Assembly: GCF_009914755.1 (NCBI RefSeq)
Contig: NC_060945.1
From: the human T2T-CHM13v2.0 reference genome, Homo sapiens
Strand: one strand, 5' to 3'
Length of the DNA: 64,000 bases
Under the pieces are notes generated by a model. That model did no database searches, had not been told where the DNA came from, and saw nothing but the letters and a program-made list of their open reading frames with translations. This document shows positions 49,681 through 62,501 of the stretch, in pieces; the stretch's first letter is position 1, and each line of letters opens with the position of its first letter. The position numbers were made by a program, and so were the translations under genes.

Positions 49681-50475
49681 AGAGCTAAAACGAATCATGT
49701 ATCTAGGCTAGGGTCTGGTTTCTTTGCTGTTTTGGATAATGGCTTAGGAATAAGAATAATGCCCACTGAAGAAGTCTTGATTTTTCTTAAAGCTCTAAGC
49801 TCACTAGAGTTTTTTGCGCGTTGCCAATTTCAATCAGATCCAGGAGTATTGGTTACTGTTGGCCTATATGATGAAGATTAACTTTTGGAAGAATCTTTCT
49901 GTGGAATGCAGGCCAAAAGAATTCTGAGGCTGCTTTTGATTTGCTTTGAGTTCGTTGCAGCTAATGTGAAGGATGCAAATATTTCTATATTCCCTACTAT
50001 CTGCTTGGGGTCTTCAAGAGATGAGTTACAGTGACCTGGAGGTAACATTTTAAAAATGTTAGTTAAGATTAGTGTTAAAAACACAGACAAAGTCTGAATC
50101 TCTCCAATGCTTGATTTTAATTTTTAAAAAAGAGGAACATATTACAAAGGAAGCAGAATTTCAACATAATCTTTAGATGGTAAATTATGTTTTACATTAG
50201 TCTGCATTATTACCACAATACTTGCACCTGGCTGGTATGAGGAGTGTGTGTGTGGGTTAAAGGGAGCTGTTATTTACCTGCTTATCTATCAGACTGGTAA
50301 TACCAATCTCACTCTGCAAATTTAACATCAGGGATTTACTGTTCATAATAGAATAAATGCATATTGAGAACCACACTTGAACTTAGCCCTTCTGACAGGA
50401 AACTTTCAAAGTTAGAAGTTACACTGAGCTTGAATTTTAAGAGAGAGGAAAAGTCATTTAATAAAACTAAAAAAT

Positions 50476-51095
50476 GAAGGATGGATGGATGGATGGATGC
50501 ATAGGTAGATGGATGGATGCATAAGTGGATGGATGGATGGATGGGTGAATGGATGGATGGATGGATGGATGGATGGATGGATGGATGGATGGATGCATGG
50601 ATGGATGGATGGATGGATGCATGGATGTATAGGTATATGGATGGATGGACAGATGGATGGATGGATGCATAGGTAGATGGATGGATGGATAAATGGATTG
50701 ATGGATGGATGGATGGATGGATGGATAAATGGATGTATGGCTAAATGGATAGATGGATAGATGCATAGGTGGATGGATGGATCGATGGGTAAATGGATGG
50801 ATGGATAGATACATAGGTGGATGGATGGATGGATGGATGGATGAATGGATGTATGGATAAACGGATGGATAGATGGATAAATGGATGGTTGGATAGATGC
50901 ATAGGTGGATGGATGTATGGATGAATGGATGTATGGATAAACGGATGGATAGATGGATAAATGGATGGTTGGATAGATGCATAGGTGGATGGATGGATGG
51001 ATGGATGGATGGATGGATGGATGGAAAGATGCATGCATGCATAGGTAGATAAATGGATGAATGGATATGTAGGTAGATGGATGGATTGATTGAAT
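50476..51095. repeat. Degenerate (TGGA)n microsatellite with higher-order duplication
   Basis: About 620 bp of GGAT units. 50841-50915 is repeated exactly at 50921-50995. Confidence 0.97.
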
Positions 51096-54000
51096 AAAAT
51101 GCTGAAGTTAATAGAATCCTCTGTTACTCTGTATGCCCATATGTTCTTCATGGCCACATGTAAGGTTAGCCTTATGATGAAAGATTGGCATCAGTATTGT
51201 CATTTTTATTTCAGCTTGTGCCTAGGTTACATGTTCTCATATGTTCCCCATAAACATTCACATGGTCCAGTGTGCAACTATGAAAGAAGCTTCCCATCAC
51301 CTGTGCCTCCCAATCTCACCCCACTCACTGCAATCTGAGGAAGAAATCCAACACCAAACAAACACTAGAAAGCACCTTGCTGGCGTGGGCTTCCTGTTAA
51401 CTAAACTAAAATTCCATCTCTAGGACTCAGTGAACTGACAAGTGTTATTGCTTCCAAACTTGGGCTATGTTCACTCCATCCAGGTGCATTTCTACAATTC
51501 AAGTAAACATTTTCACTGTAAACTTATTGCTAGTAAGAGCACACCACATCACAAGGAACAGCAAATAGCAGACATATCTTTGCGCCTTCACACAGCAGCA
51601 CAGAAATTATATCTGGTACTTGATTCAGTGTCAGGTGGTATAAGCACTTCATCAACAAATGAAGAACAGAAGGGGTAACTGAGCAGCGACAAATATTTCG
51701 TTAAGTTCTGTAACCAAGATAAGAGATAGATTCTCACACTTGATTGCTGGGAATACACACATCCTATAAAAGCCAAGAAAGTTAGAAAGTTAACTAAGTG
51801 GCACAAACTTTATAGCTTATCAGTACAATGCAAGGCACTTCAGGAAAACTGGCATGATAAAGCTTGGTTTCCTAGGAACAAGCTAATTAAATTATATTTA
51901 TTCAAGTAATCTAAACTATTTAACTATTCAAGTGGTTGGACAATAAAAGAACTAGAATAAGACTCAGAAAAGCCTAGTACCTACATTGCTCTCCCTGGGA
52001 GGTGCAGCAGCACTTTGAGGGCATGCAAATTGTTTAAGATATTTTAAGGCAGCTCAGGATCTCTGCATACATTCTAGTGAAAACAGCAGATCTTGAAGGA
52101 ACTGGAGTGCACGGCTTCTGTGTCCCACAATTCAAACATGAGAGGAGATGAGAACTCCTGTATTATAAGATGGCTTTGCACATGATTGTTCCTAGAGGTG
52201 AGTTTTCAGGCAAAACAGAGGGAGCTCCCTGTCTGAGTGCAACCAGCAGGAAGAGGACCTTGATGCTGGCCACCTTTGCCCCTCACCATGGAGCTGCATT
52301 CCCTGATGTCTTCTGACAGAACACACGTGGTGCAGGACAATTCCCATGCCTTCCCTTCTCCAAACTGCATAAGGACCCTGGGAGGTAAACTGTTTTTCTC
52401 AGTTCACTAGTGCAAAACCATCTCAGATAAGTCAATCCGCTTGCCTCAGATCATTGAGTTAGTAAGTAGCAGCTCTAGAATTTGAATCTATAGCTAAGAC
52501 CAAACCTACATTTCTCCCTTGCACCCCCAATGGACTTTACTCCTTGCCAGAAAGAAAGAATATAACCATTTAGTGTCCCAAGGCAAGAATTACAGCTTCG
52601 GTTCAATTTTGCTGTTGGTGTCCACACTGTAAAATGAGATTTGACTGGCAAGATAAGACATACCACTGAGCAATTTGAAAAACAAAACATAATGACTTTT
52701 GCCCAAGAGATTGCAATGATTGTTTAAATTGATAACCCAAGTACTCTTTCTGATGTGCGTACTAGGTGATATATGTTATTTACTGATTGATAAATGGTAA
52801 GGCTGCACCTTTAGAATTACTGCTGCCTACTAAGTACACACAGATTTCAGAAGGGAAGTAAGCAGAGGTGAGTTTTCAGTCATAACTCAACTATCACTCT
52901 GAGTTAGGGTGACCACAATGGCAAACCAAAGCCAGTGGAACAGAATGGATGACAGATAGGAAATATTCTCCAGCATGTGATCAGGAATAAATGCATGGAG
53001 GTGAAACAACTCCAGGAATTTTTCTTAATGAAGAAGTAAAGAAAACACAGTCACTGCATGTCTAGTCTGTATAGGTGTGGTCAAACACCAAGGAAACTAA
53101 AGACTGTATGTTTGACTTTAATTTCAGAAGCCTGACTTTGGCTCAGTCATAATTCTCTAGCTTTTATTCTTCAGGTCAGACAGTCAAGGAGAAGAAAAAT
53201 AAGAAAAACCAGTACCCTATTATTAGGCATTCTTTATCATCTCTTTTTCAGCTGGAGTCTCCATCATCTCTACGTGCACATTTGATAAGCTGAAGTGCAA
53301 TGATAGAATAAGATGATCTTGGACAGCTTTCTCTTTGAATTCATTTTTAGCTTAATGTATTTGTTGTGGCTTCTCTAGGAAATGTTTGCTGAATTAGCCC
53401 CTGTGCATTGCTAGGGCTGATAAGGAATAGTCAAGAGTTTGAGTTCACAACACCCTCTTTCTATACTCCTGCTAGTCCTTCAGTGTGAAGTCCCTTAGAT
53501 TTTTATGACAACTGGGCTGAGATCTTTCACTTTACGTAACTTAGCCAATTCGCATTGCTCAGTTTTTCCACAATAACTAGAATATTTGGCAAAAGGGCAC
53601 AATTTTGCAATGGGAAAGCTCCCAAAGTGAAAAACCTAGTTGTTTACCCAGTTCTGCTAATAATAAATACCCAAGATGAGACCTGGGACTTCTCCTAGGC
53701 CCTCTTGCATTGATGCCAGGTAGAAGGAGGGGTATTAGTGCAGAATCAGGGTTTGAATGACATTCTTCTCTGTGGATATTAGAGGGATAAACTGTATGGA
53801 TTGATAGGGAGGTGGTTCAGTATGTTACAAATGAGGACGTTATAGCCTAATAATATCACTACATGCTGGAGCAAATAAAGGGCCATAAAACATGCAGTGT
53901 GTACCCAGCTAGCTCTTCCAGAGGCCAAGAACTAAACTTGGAAAAGGGTGAAAGGGGCCTGATCTATGCTCAGGAATTGAAATGTCATAGCAAGAAATAT

Positions 54001-55169
54001 CAGTACAGAAGAGATCTGGAGGTTCACATGCTTCAGACAGTTTGATGGAACTTGGTGATGAAGGACGTGCCGGAATACAGCAGGTAGAATCAAACACCTG
54101 GCCTGTCCATTGATATTGCCAACTTGAAAGACAGATATCCCATTGGCTTGGTGATTTGTTTTTAAAGCTGAAATGTGTGATTGATCATCAGTCAAGCACC
54201 AATTGACCAATTGCTAAAATATGAAAATGGAAGGAAATGTAGAATGAATCACTACTTTTGTCTTCTCCAGTTGATCTTTGAAATTATTCAGGGTGATAAT
54301 CGCATTTTCTGTAATATTCTATTTCAAATATTGTAAAGTGGGTCTTGGAGTGTTGGGTTCAAAGTCAGTCTGTTGTAGGTAAGACGTGTCTGGCCATCTG
54401 GTAGAGATAGGGTCCACGGCACACATACCTCACAGTCTGGCCTAGGAGCCTCCCTGTACAGTTGATTCAGAGTTAAACCACAATAAGACAACAATAGAAG
54501 AGGTGGGGGGTAATACAAGCCAGCATGCCACACATTGATGAATGATCCGGCGAGGCTTTCAAAGCAAGGCGGGATTACTCTGGTTGCAGTGGGCTGGAGA
54601 AGGTAACTGTACTTAGCAGATATTGCTTTTCTATTTGCCAGCCCACACTGTCAACAGTGGAAAACAGTCATTATCATATCCCTTCTTTGACGGGAATTGC
54701 CACAAAATAGTTCACTTGGTAAAAGCCTGTCTGAGGTGAACCAGGAACAAACGGTGTGTATTTAACATGTGGTGTAAGGTTGCACCAACAATAAAGGAAT
54801 AAAGTTCAATTTGAATAAGGCAAGAGGAAACCGGATCACCGTTGGGTTCATGTCAGTGGTTGTTTCACAGTTTCTCAATTCTGAAGCCATGCTGCTGATA
54901 GGGACCTAGAATCACCAACTAACTCCAGTAGAAGTTTAAAGGACACTTCCATACGGAGCCCCTATAGAGAGAGGCGGGCACTTCATGCACCCAACTTTTA
55001 AGTATATACATTCCCACCTGACAAAGTTAGATTTTACAGATGCCGTGGCAAATGTGCACTCAGTGCTAACAAATTAGGATATCAGGCCTGTATTAATGCT
55101 TTCATTTTCCAATTATTTTTTATTGCATTTAACAGCTGACTTCAAAAGAGCTGAGGACACACAGAGGAA

Positions 55170-55283
55170 TAGCGTGACCCATCATCGCAATTTGCCAGCG
55201 AGTAGGGGATTTCTTAGGATGTGGGACTTTAAGTGTTAAAAACCAGGGCAGTCAGTGGAAAATCAGGATTATTGGTCACCTTA
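55170..55283. mobile_element. MER81 hAT-Blackjack MITE
   Basis: TIR-like ends TAGCGTGACC and GGTCACCTTA, internal GGATGTGGGACTTTAAGTGTTAAAAACC, and an 8-bp TSD CAGAGGAA / CAAAGGAA. Confidence 0.8.
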
Positions 55284-56239
55284 CAAAGGAATGACTTGGA
55301 GGTAACATTTTTATTAAGTAAGTTTTGCATTTTTGGATAATTTTTGAACCATCTCATTTAAGAAGAATGTGGATAAAATAGCTTCCATGTCTTCCTGAGG
55401 AGGAACGCTTTGTGTTGAGGATGGTGGGTGGTGGGAAGATGGGGAAGCCTCCAGTGGGAGGCTAGAGGTTGCTTTCAGCTCCATTTACTTCTCCCAAGGG
55501 AAAGCTAAAGGACAAGGGGAGACAGGCGATTCTATAACCAAAGCCATTTTTCTTGTGATTTCTTGCTGTCTAAACTCCATGAGGCTAAGGCTAGAGTTAC
55601 ATTGCTAAACTGTCCCAGAGATCAGATCACTTGGCTCTTTTAATCTTTACTTAAATAATCTTTAATTATTTGCTCTTCATTTTTCCTGGAATGTCAACAA
55701 CCCTACTTTGTCTCCACCTATGGAAATCTTGTGGGCTGCACTCAATTGTTCCCACCTCTGGAAGGCTACCTTCAAACTCCCAGGTAGAGTAAATTCCCCT
55801 TCCTGTGGGCTTCTAGAATATTATGGTCCTATAACACTTATCACACAATATCATGGTTAGCTATTTGTCCATCTTTCTGCTGAACTATAATTTACTCCAG
55901 TTTAGGAACTGGAGGGTCTTTGGAACTCAGCAAAAAGAAGACATCTGATTTAGTTACTAATCAAACTAAATTGACATGATACCAATAACAAAGGTTTCTA
56001 TTAGTAACAAGAAAGCCCTGCTAGGATTCTCCTGGCATTTTGAGGAAAAGACTATATGCATAATAAAATCTCGTGCATCTTAAATGGAATTCCACATTTT
56101 AGTGCTGAAATTCACGATTTTATTTTAATTGGGAAACTGACAAAGTGGAGGAGGATGGGAATATTGAGGGATTGAGGAGCAATGATTAGGGGTAGTAATA
56201 GCACCTGCACCATGGATTGCAAAGCATTCTATCACTCAC

Positions 56240-56740
56240 AGGATTAACCATCATAGCCAGTGCTGCTGGGAGTCTTCCCCAAGCCCTGTGAATGTTCTGC
56301 ACTGCTTCTGAGAGCCCATTCCTGTGCTTCTCTGTGTGTATTAATTTTAACAGCCTGCTGCCCCTACCACCATCTTCATAAGATTGCCCTTGGGCTATGG
56401 GAGCCACTTCCATTTCCATTGCAGATGCAGGAAGCCAGAGCCCTTGGGAAATTGCATGCTCCCATCACCCTTTCTACTCTCAGTCAAAGACTGATGGGCA
56501 GCATCATGAAAGCCCAGCTCTCTTACCTAGGATGCTATTTTCACTCCAGAACTCCCTCCCCAGGATTAGGCAGGGACTGGGTCTTGTCCTTGTCCTAAAA
56601 TTGTACCCTGGCTTCTTCCCTTCCTGACTTGCTTTCCCCACACCACTTTGGGTTCCTCCTGGGAGTACTACTTTAATAAATTGCCTGCGCATTTTTGTCT
56701 CAACGTCTATTTCCATATAATCTACCTCCAGACAAGATTT
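56240..56740 (+). mobile_element. LTR16-type (ERVL) solo LTR
   Basis: GTCAAAGACTGATGGG...TGAAAGCCCAGCTCTCTTACCT...CCTCCTGGGAGTACTACTTTAATAAATTGCCTGC. Boundaries are approximate. Confidence 0.65.
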
Positions 56741-58429
56741 TAATTTTGTGGCTTCCCAGGACAAGCTTCTTGCTAGAAAGACCCAAAGGCAAGTAGGTCC
56801 TCACCTCTGGCCTGTGAGGTCTGGAAATGGGTACACATTATGCTCCAAGACTCACCTATATTCCAAGGAATCATTTTCAATGCCTCTAGGATAAGGATGG
56901 TGAGAACAAACTGGAGACAGCTGGCCATATCATGATGCACCTGTGGAGGGCTCTTTAAGCTGCTAGATTCATGGAAGATTCTGAGGAAGTTTTAAGAACT
57001 GTTGTAAGCTTCCATAAATAGCTCCATATCTAACCCAACTTAAATAGAATTTATTCCAAGGTAAAAATATTTTTTCCCTCTCATCACACTTTAAGGTTTT
57101 TTATGTCTTGATTCAAGCCAAGATGAGGATTGGAAACATTATAGCATTTTTTTTTCTTTTTTGGAAATTATTCTTGGGAAACAGTTCTCTTGAAAAATTT
57201 GGTTCTTGTGAACTCTTCTGCCCAGTATTCAGATGTCATTTCAGATCTTCATAGAAAAATCCAGACTTCTATGTATTTTCTATGCAAATTTGACACAACT
57301 AAGAGTCTTTCCGTTAACTGTGGAGGTGGGGGTTGGGGAGCAGAAAGAAGTAAACACAACTTACTGAATAGTCATTTATATTTGTTTTTATCTTCGGCTA
57401 AAAGGTCAGTAAAATTAACCATGTTCAATTATGAAATGATTAGCTATGTTATTTCATGTAATCTTATACACTAGATTTCCCACTTTACTCCTTAGAACCA
57501 GAATTGTGAAACAAATTTTACTCATTGGATGAGAGAGAGATTGCATGGCAGAAAATATTATTTTGTCAGGATTAACAGTTTGTCCTATTTCCCTTAGTTA
57601 GTTTCAGAAATTTCCAGAAATACTTAGATCATTCAGTTGTTAAAGCATGCTTAACAAAGCCTGGCCTCTATGACAGAAGTCACATAGACGCGCATTTTAG
57701 AATTTCCCCACTCACCTCTCAACCCTGCAGTCATACATTTATAATGTCTCATCTCCTTTGGTAAACTGTCAGATCTGCAGCCTCAAAATCTAATTGTTGA
57801 CATATCACCAAATGAAAAGTAACAAAAACAGGTAAACATCACCAAAATGAAGAACATTGTCTTAGCATTTAAACTTTAAAATGTATTTCTACTACTCTGG
57901 ACTCATTTTTTCCTTCCATCATCTTTAAAATTGTTATAAATGAGTATCTGCTCCACTGTGTATGGTCCTGCAAGAACTAAAACTTCCCAGAGTATTAAAC
58001 TGTGGTTAAAATTCATGCAGTATGTAACTCGATGCTGAGAAGAAGCTACATATGCATATGTATGCTCAAAATATAAGAATTTAAGAAAAATGTACGATAA
58101 TGAAAAATGCATGGATTGAAAGTGAAAAGAGCTGTTTTGAGCTTCAATTCATCGCTCTGTAGCTGTGTGACTTTGCACAAATCACTTATCTTCTTTGGCT
58201 TCCATCTCCTTGCCCTTAAAATACAACTAATCATGCCTACATTTTGATCTGAGCATGGACTTAACAACATTTCTGGCAGTGTTTTACAAATTGAAAAAAA
58301 GGTGTTCAAATGTTAGTTTATTAAGTAAAGCTTAGGCTGGAAATACAGATTAAATATAAGGAGATAATTAAAGTTCCACGGTAACAAATCATGTCTTCCA
58401 TATGTAATCTTTTGTCAACCCACTTGACA

Positions 58430-58740
58430 AATATGCATATTTTTTGAGGGACTATGATGTGCCAGATATTGCTGGAAAGATGTTTGGTGAATAAGACAGG
58501 TACCATTGAGCTCTAGACTGGAACACAGATGGTAAATGGAAAAGCTTGAGGGCAACTTCAGACAGTGATAAGTGAGATACACAACAAAAGGAGTCTTGGG
58601 GCACGGACTTGGATCAGGACCAGATCAGATAAGGACCTCCCAGAGGAGGTGCCATTCAGGCTAGGACCTGAACAATGAGTCAGCTCAGTGAATGAAGGCC
58701 AGAGGGGACCATTCCAGGCCGAGGAAACAGCCCCTGCAAA
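58430..58740 (-). mobile_element. L2 fragment (a MIR piece lies upstream at about 58120-58290)
   Basis: ACTATGATGTGCCAGATATTG...GGTGAATAAGACAG...CCTCCCAGAGGAGGTGCCATTCAGGCTAGGACCTGAA...CATTCCAGGCCGAGGAAACAGC. Confidence 0.7.
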
Positions 58741-60201
58741 TCATCCCACCTGAGCAGCTGGTATATACTCAGATCCTTTAATTCTCAGTTTTCCCTCTTT
58801 CATCGTTCTGCACCTCTGTGCTTACCTGTTTTCTATGGGACTTTTAGCATATCCTCGCGGGAGGTCTATCTGATTCTAGACTCCGGGAGTACCAGCTCTA
58901 AGAAGTCCAAATCTCGTGTAGCTTCTTCATCCTCCTGCCCTGAACCCCTGGGAGCCCAGTGTCTTCTTTCCAGGGCCACCATTTATACTCCCAGGCTGAA
59001 AACGAGTCCCTTGCTTCCAGGGAAAGAAAGAGCAAAAGAGAAGGAGACTGAGGCATACCATCTCCACTGGGAAAACAGAAATGGAATGATTTATGCCCTG
59101 AGCTTTGAGTCAGGAGGGAGAGGGGGGAGAAAATAAGGAAGTCTCAGCCCTTCCTTCCTAAAGACAGAATGACACCCCATCCCTTCCAGCTCCCACTTAG
59201 TTCAAGCACCCAGAACAGCAGCAGCTGCACTTGGGGTGAATTGCGGAGCCCAGTACTCTGGGGAGAGGAAGTATCATTCATTTCCAACAGAAGCAAAGTG
59301 TTCCTCACCCTGTCTGCTCTATGTCAAACCAGATGCCGTGGTCTGGCCCCACCGACATGCCTGGGCAGGGGACGTGTGGGTATATCATCGTCTCCCATGG
59401 GAAACAGACCGTTTGCGTCTCTTGGCATTGCCTTTGGACCAGTGTAGAGGGCTCTCTCTAGGGGAAGTGCTTTTGAAAAACCCATTCCATCTCTTAGGAT
59501 TGACCACGATCCCCATGCAGTCTGGCCGTGAGAAGGCCAGGAGAGCACATGAGCCTTGGACTGGCCTCCCTTGATGTGGTGGCTGCAAGAGTCACTTTGC
59601 ATAGGATGGACATATAACCCCATTCCCGAAAGAAGCTTACTGCCTCTGCTTGCAGAGATCTTCCATTAGAAGCCTTCTTCAAGGATGGAATTCTGACCAT
59701 TTCTCATAAAGATGCCAGACTATGCAAGAATGCTGGAACTCAGATTCCAACATGTATCCCGAAGCCCAATTTCCATGATCCAGAAGAACCAAATTTTGCC
59801 CATGTCTATTCAGCTTATATATGTATATATATATATATAATATTTATCAGGGAAAGCAGGGCAATAGAAAAAAATCAGCTCAATAAAGGGGTTGAGCTAA
59901 AAACATGAGTTTTCCTCTGTGGCATTTTGCTTAGGTATGTTTGACATAGGTATAGTCTGTATGGATTCATTCTGATTCCACCAGGAGGGAAGAGATTTTG
60001 TTAATATTCATTTGGGGAGGAGAGAGGAAAGAGAAAAAGAAAACATGGGATAAAGGAGAGATTGTTAGAAAAGGTAATCTGGTTATTTATTTATAGTTTA
60101 CTTAGCCAAAGGGACCTTAAAATGCTTTGATAAGAATGGCCAAAGTTTCTTCAAAGATTAACTGGCATTCTTTAAAAAGGCATCAGTTTTCTTTTGCACA
60201 G

Positions 60202-60644
60202 GTGTTTGGAGAGCCCGGACTGGATGCCCACTAGAATCCTGTGCTGGTTTGTAGATTTCCTTAAGACCTTAAGACATGCTGACATCATGGTCTCCTTTCT
60301 CAGATTCCTTCTCTCTTTTTCTCTTTCTCTCCCACTCTCTCTCTCTGTCTCTCACTTTCTCTCCTTTCCTCCCTCCCTCCCTCCCTCCCTCCTTCCCTAT
60401 CCCTCCCTCCTCTGCCCAATGTCTCCCAATCTCTTTCCTTTCTCTCTTCAGTTCCTCCAGGTAATTCTTACTCAAACTTGTACCAACTTGTTTTTGACTG
60501 ACAGTGAACAGTGAGAGAGTTTTCTTCATTTTGAGGAACCCTAAACACCTATCTTTCCCAAGGCAACCTGTCTGGACTGAGCATTTCTCTGACTTGACAT
60601 AACTTCCCATCCAGCCAGGAGTCTGCACTCTTCAGTCTTTGCAG
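60202..60644 (+). other. KCNJ15: Probable non-coding 5' UTR exon of KCNJ15 (Kir4.2); the CDS lies beyond the window
   Basis: Strong donor TTTGCAG|GTAAGA at 60644/60645. The sequence CCATCCAGCCAGGAGTCTGCACTCTTCAGTCTTTGCAG matches my recollection of the KCNJ15 mRNA leader, and synteny with DSCR10 and SPATA20P1 agrees. The 5' boundary is uncertain (TSS, or acceptors at 60201 or 60451). Confidence 0.65.
60300..60450. repeat. CT-rich / (CCCT)n simple repeat in the putative KCNJ15 promoter-exon
   Basis: Directly visible. Confidence 0.9.
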
Positions 60645-62462
60645 GTAAGAGGTACACGGCGCTTATGTTAACTCTGGGGCATGTGGCACGCTGGAGGTAT
60701 TTTTGAAAAACTTTACTTCTAAAGGTAATGAAAACGTTGTGATTCTTTTAAAGCTTATTTAAATCATTTAAGACGCCCGTGCTTATCTGGGGGAATTTAC
60801 AAGTGCTGTTTGCATGTGGAAAACGGGATTTTACTTAATGATGGGACAAAAAAAAGTGTTTTATTCTTGCTCGTGAAACAATATCCAGATGTCGTCTTGT
60901 TTGCGGTGGGTGTACGGGGGTCTAGCTTGCGGGACAAGAATTACTCCGACTTCTCTTTGCAAGGGTCTGTCAGAGCAAGTTTGTTGATTTTCAGCGATTA
61001 CATAGTTCTTTGGCTAATTCTGAAGCAGTTACTTTCCTTTGTCAATGGGGAAATCAGTTTAGATTGCCGTAAGGCGAAACCTCGCCGGAATATTTTAAAA
61101 TCTGTTACCTATCCTTTTGAGAAAAGTTATGTAAGTTTTCTGTGGTAGGTGTAAGGAATGTAAACGATCCTGAGTTTGGAAATATTATGAACTTTGTTCA
61201 TGACCCATGATTAATATGTTTTTTAATCTGTGTATAATTTCATGAGAGTTTAGACTATCCTCAGCTAATAAATGTTATACTGGGTGAAATTTCCACATTG
61301 CTCCTGTAACGCCAACGTTTGTCTCCTCTGTACTTCCGCATTTAGTCACTTGAAGGAAATAAGAATTTATTGTTCAATAGACATTTCTTGACCTCATAAT
61401 TTCTTTTAACCCACAGGTTAGAAAACTTACAACGAATGTAGTATTTGACTGTGGAAAACTAAAGACCAAAAATGTGTACCATTAATTCAAATGTTTAGAT
61501 TTATCTTTTTCCCCTTTACCTGTAAGAGGGATTTTGAAAAAAAAAAAATCCAAGTGATTCTTAAAATTCATTTTTTGCAACCTCAAGATCACAAGCACAC
61601 ACTCACACTCATGCACAATCAACTGTTATCCCCAATCCTATCTTCTTTTGTCCTCTTGTGAATGTTTAAACAAATATGAAACAATCGGTAGTAATAGCCT
61701 TAGGTGACAAATTCTCTCCTATTTAAAATTGTCCTAAAAATCAAAAGAAAAGTGTCCCATAAAGCTATAATACATTTTTAAATATCATCATTTTGTGAAA
61801 ACTAAATACAGTATCAGAGACACTTCCAGCCGATTAATTAGGTAAGTAAGCACTTACCTCACACACAGCTTCCCCGGGCGCTGTTCTTTCTTCCCATACC
61901 TTCTAGGGTTTTACTTTTTAGCAGTTTTTCTCCTTCTCTGTTAATATAATAAGTGACCATCCAGGGAATGGCCCAGAGGCCACAAGGCAAGTCTTCCCAA
62001 AATACTGAAGATTAGAAGAGTTTAACCAAATTCCTGGTAGCAGCATGTCAGAAACGCTCATCAAATAACGGAACAGACCTTTCTTCACTGAATTAAATAA
62101 ATGTATAAATAGTCTGGGGGTTTTACAGAAATTGCCTTAGTTGAACTTTGTGATTCTGGTTGCTTAAGGAAAACACATTTTTCTAAAACGTCCTCTCTCC
62201 ATGTTTCCACTCCTTCCTCCCACCAACAGTTGTGGTCATTTTACAGAAAGTCTTATTTCCCCAATTTCCTCTCCTCACACTTCTCACCAGTGCAGACAGC
62301 CAGTGTTTTGGGGGGAAAGAGAGCGAGACCCCAGGCTGCACATGCCAGCAAACCTGAGAAGCCAACAAAAGCAGGTCTCTGGGCTCTTTCCCATAAGGCT
62401 CAGCACAACCTCACTCTGCTTCTGCATCGAGGAAATCTCGAAAGGGCTGTGCTTTCTTGGGG

Positions 62463-62501
62463 CGTGTGTGTGTGTGTGTGTGCGCGTGTGTGTGGTGTGT
62501 G
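62463..62501. repeat. (TG)n/(CG)n alternating purine-pyrimidine repeat
   Basis: GCGTGTGTGTGTGTGTGTGTGCGCGTGTGTGTGGTGTGTG. Confidence 0.9.

Noticed and set aside
50454-51157. HPSI-repeat ORFs of 194, 191 and 138 aa
   Set aside because: Translations of the (TCCA)n microsatellite.
53700-54950. Repeat-poor, balanced-composition stretch with short ORFs that might be an exon or pseudogene
   Set aside because: No recognisable protein similarity or convincing exon boundaries. It could be an enhancer, but sequence alone does not support a call.
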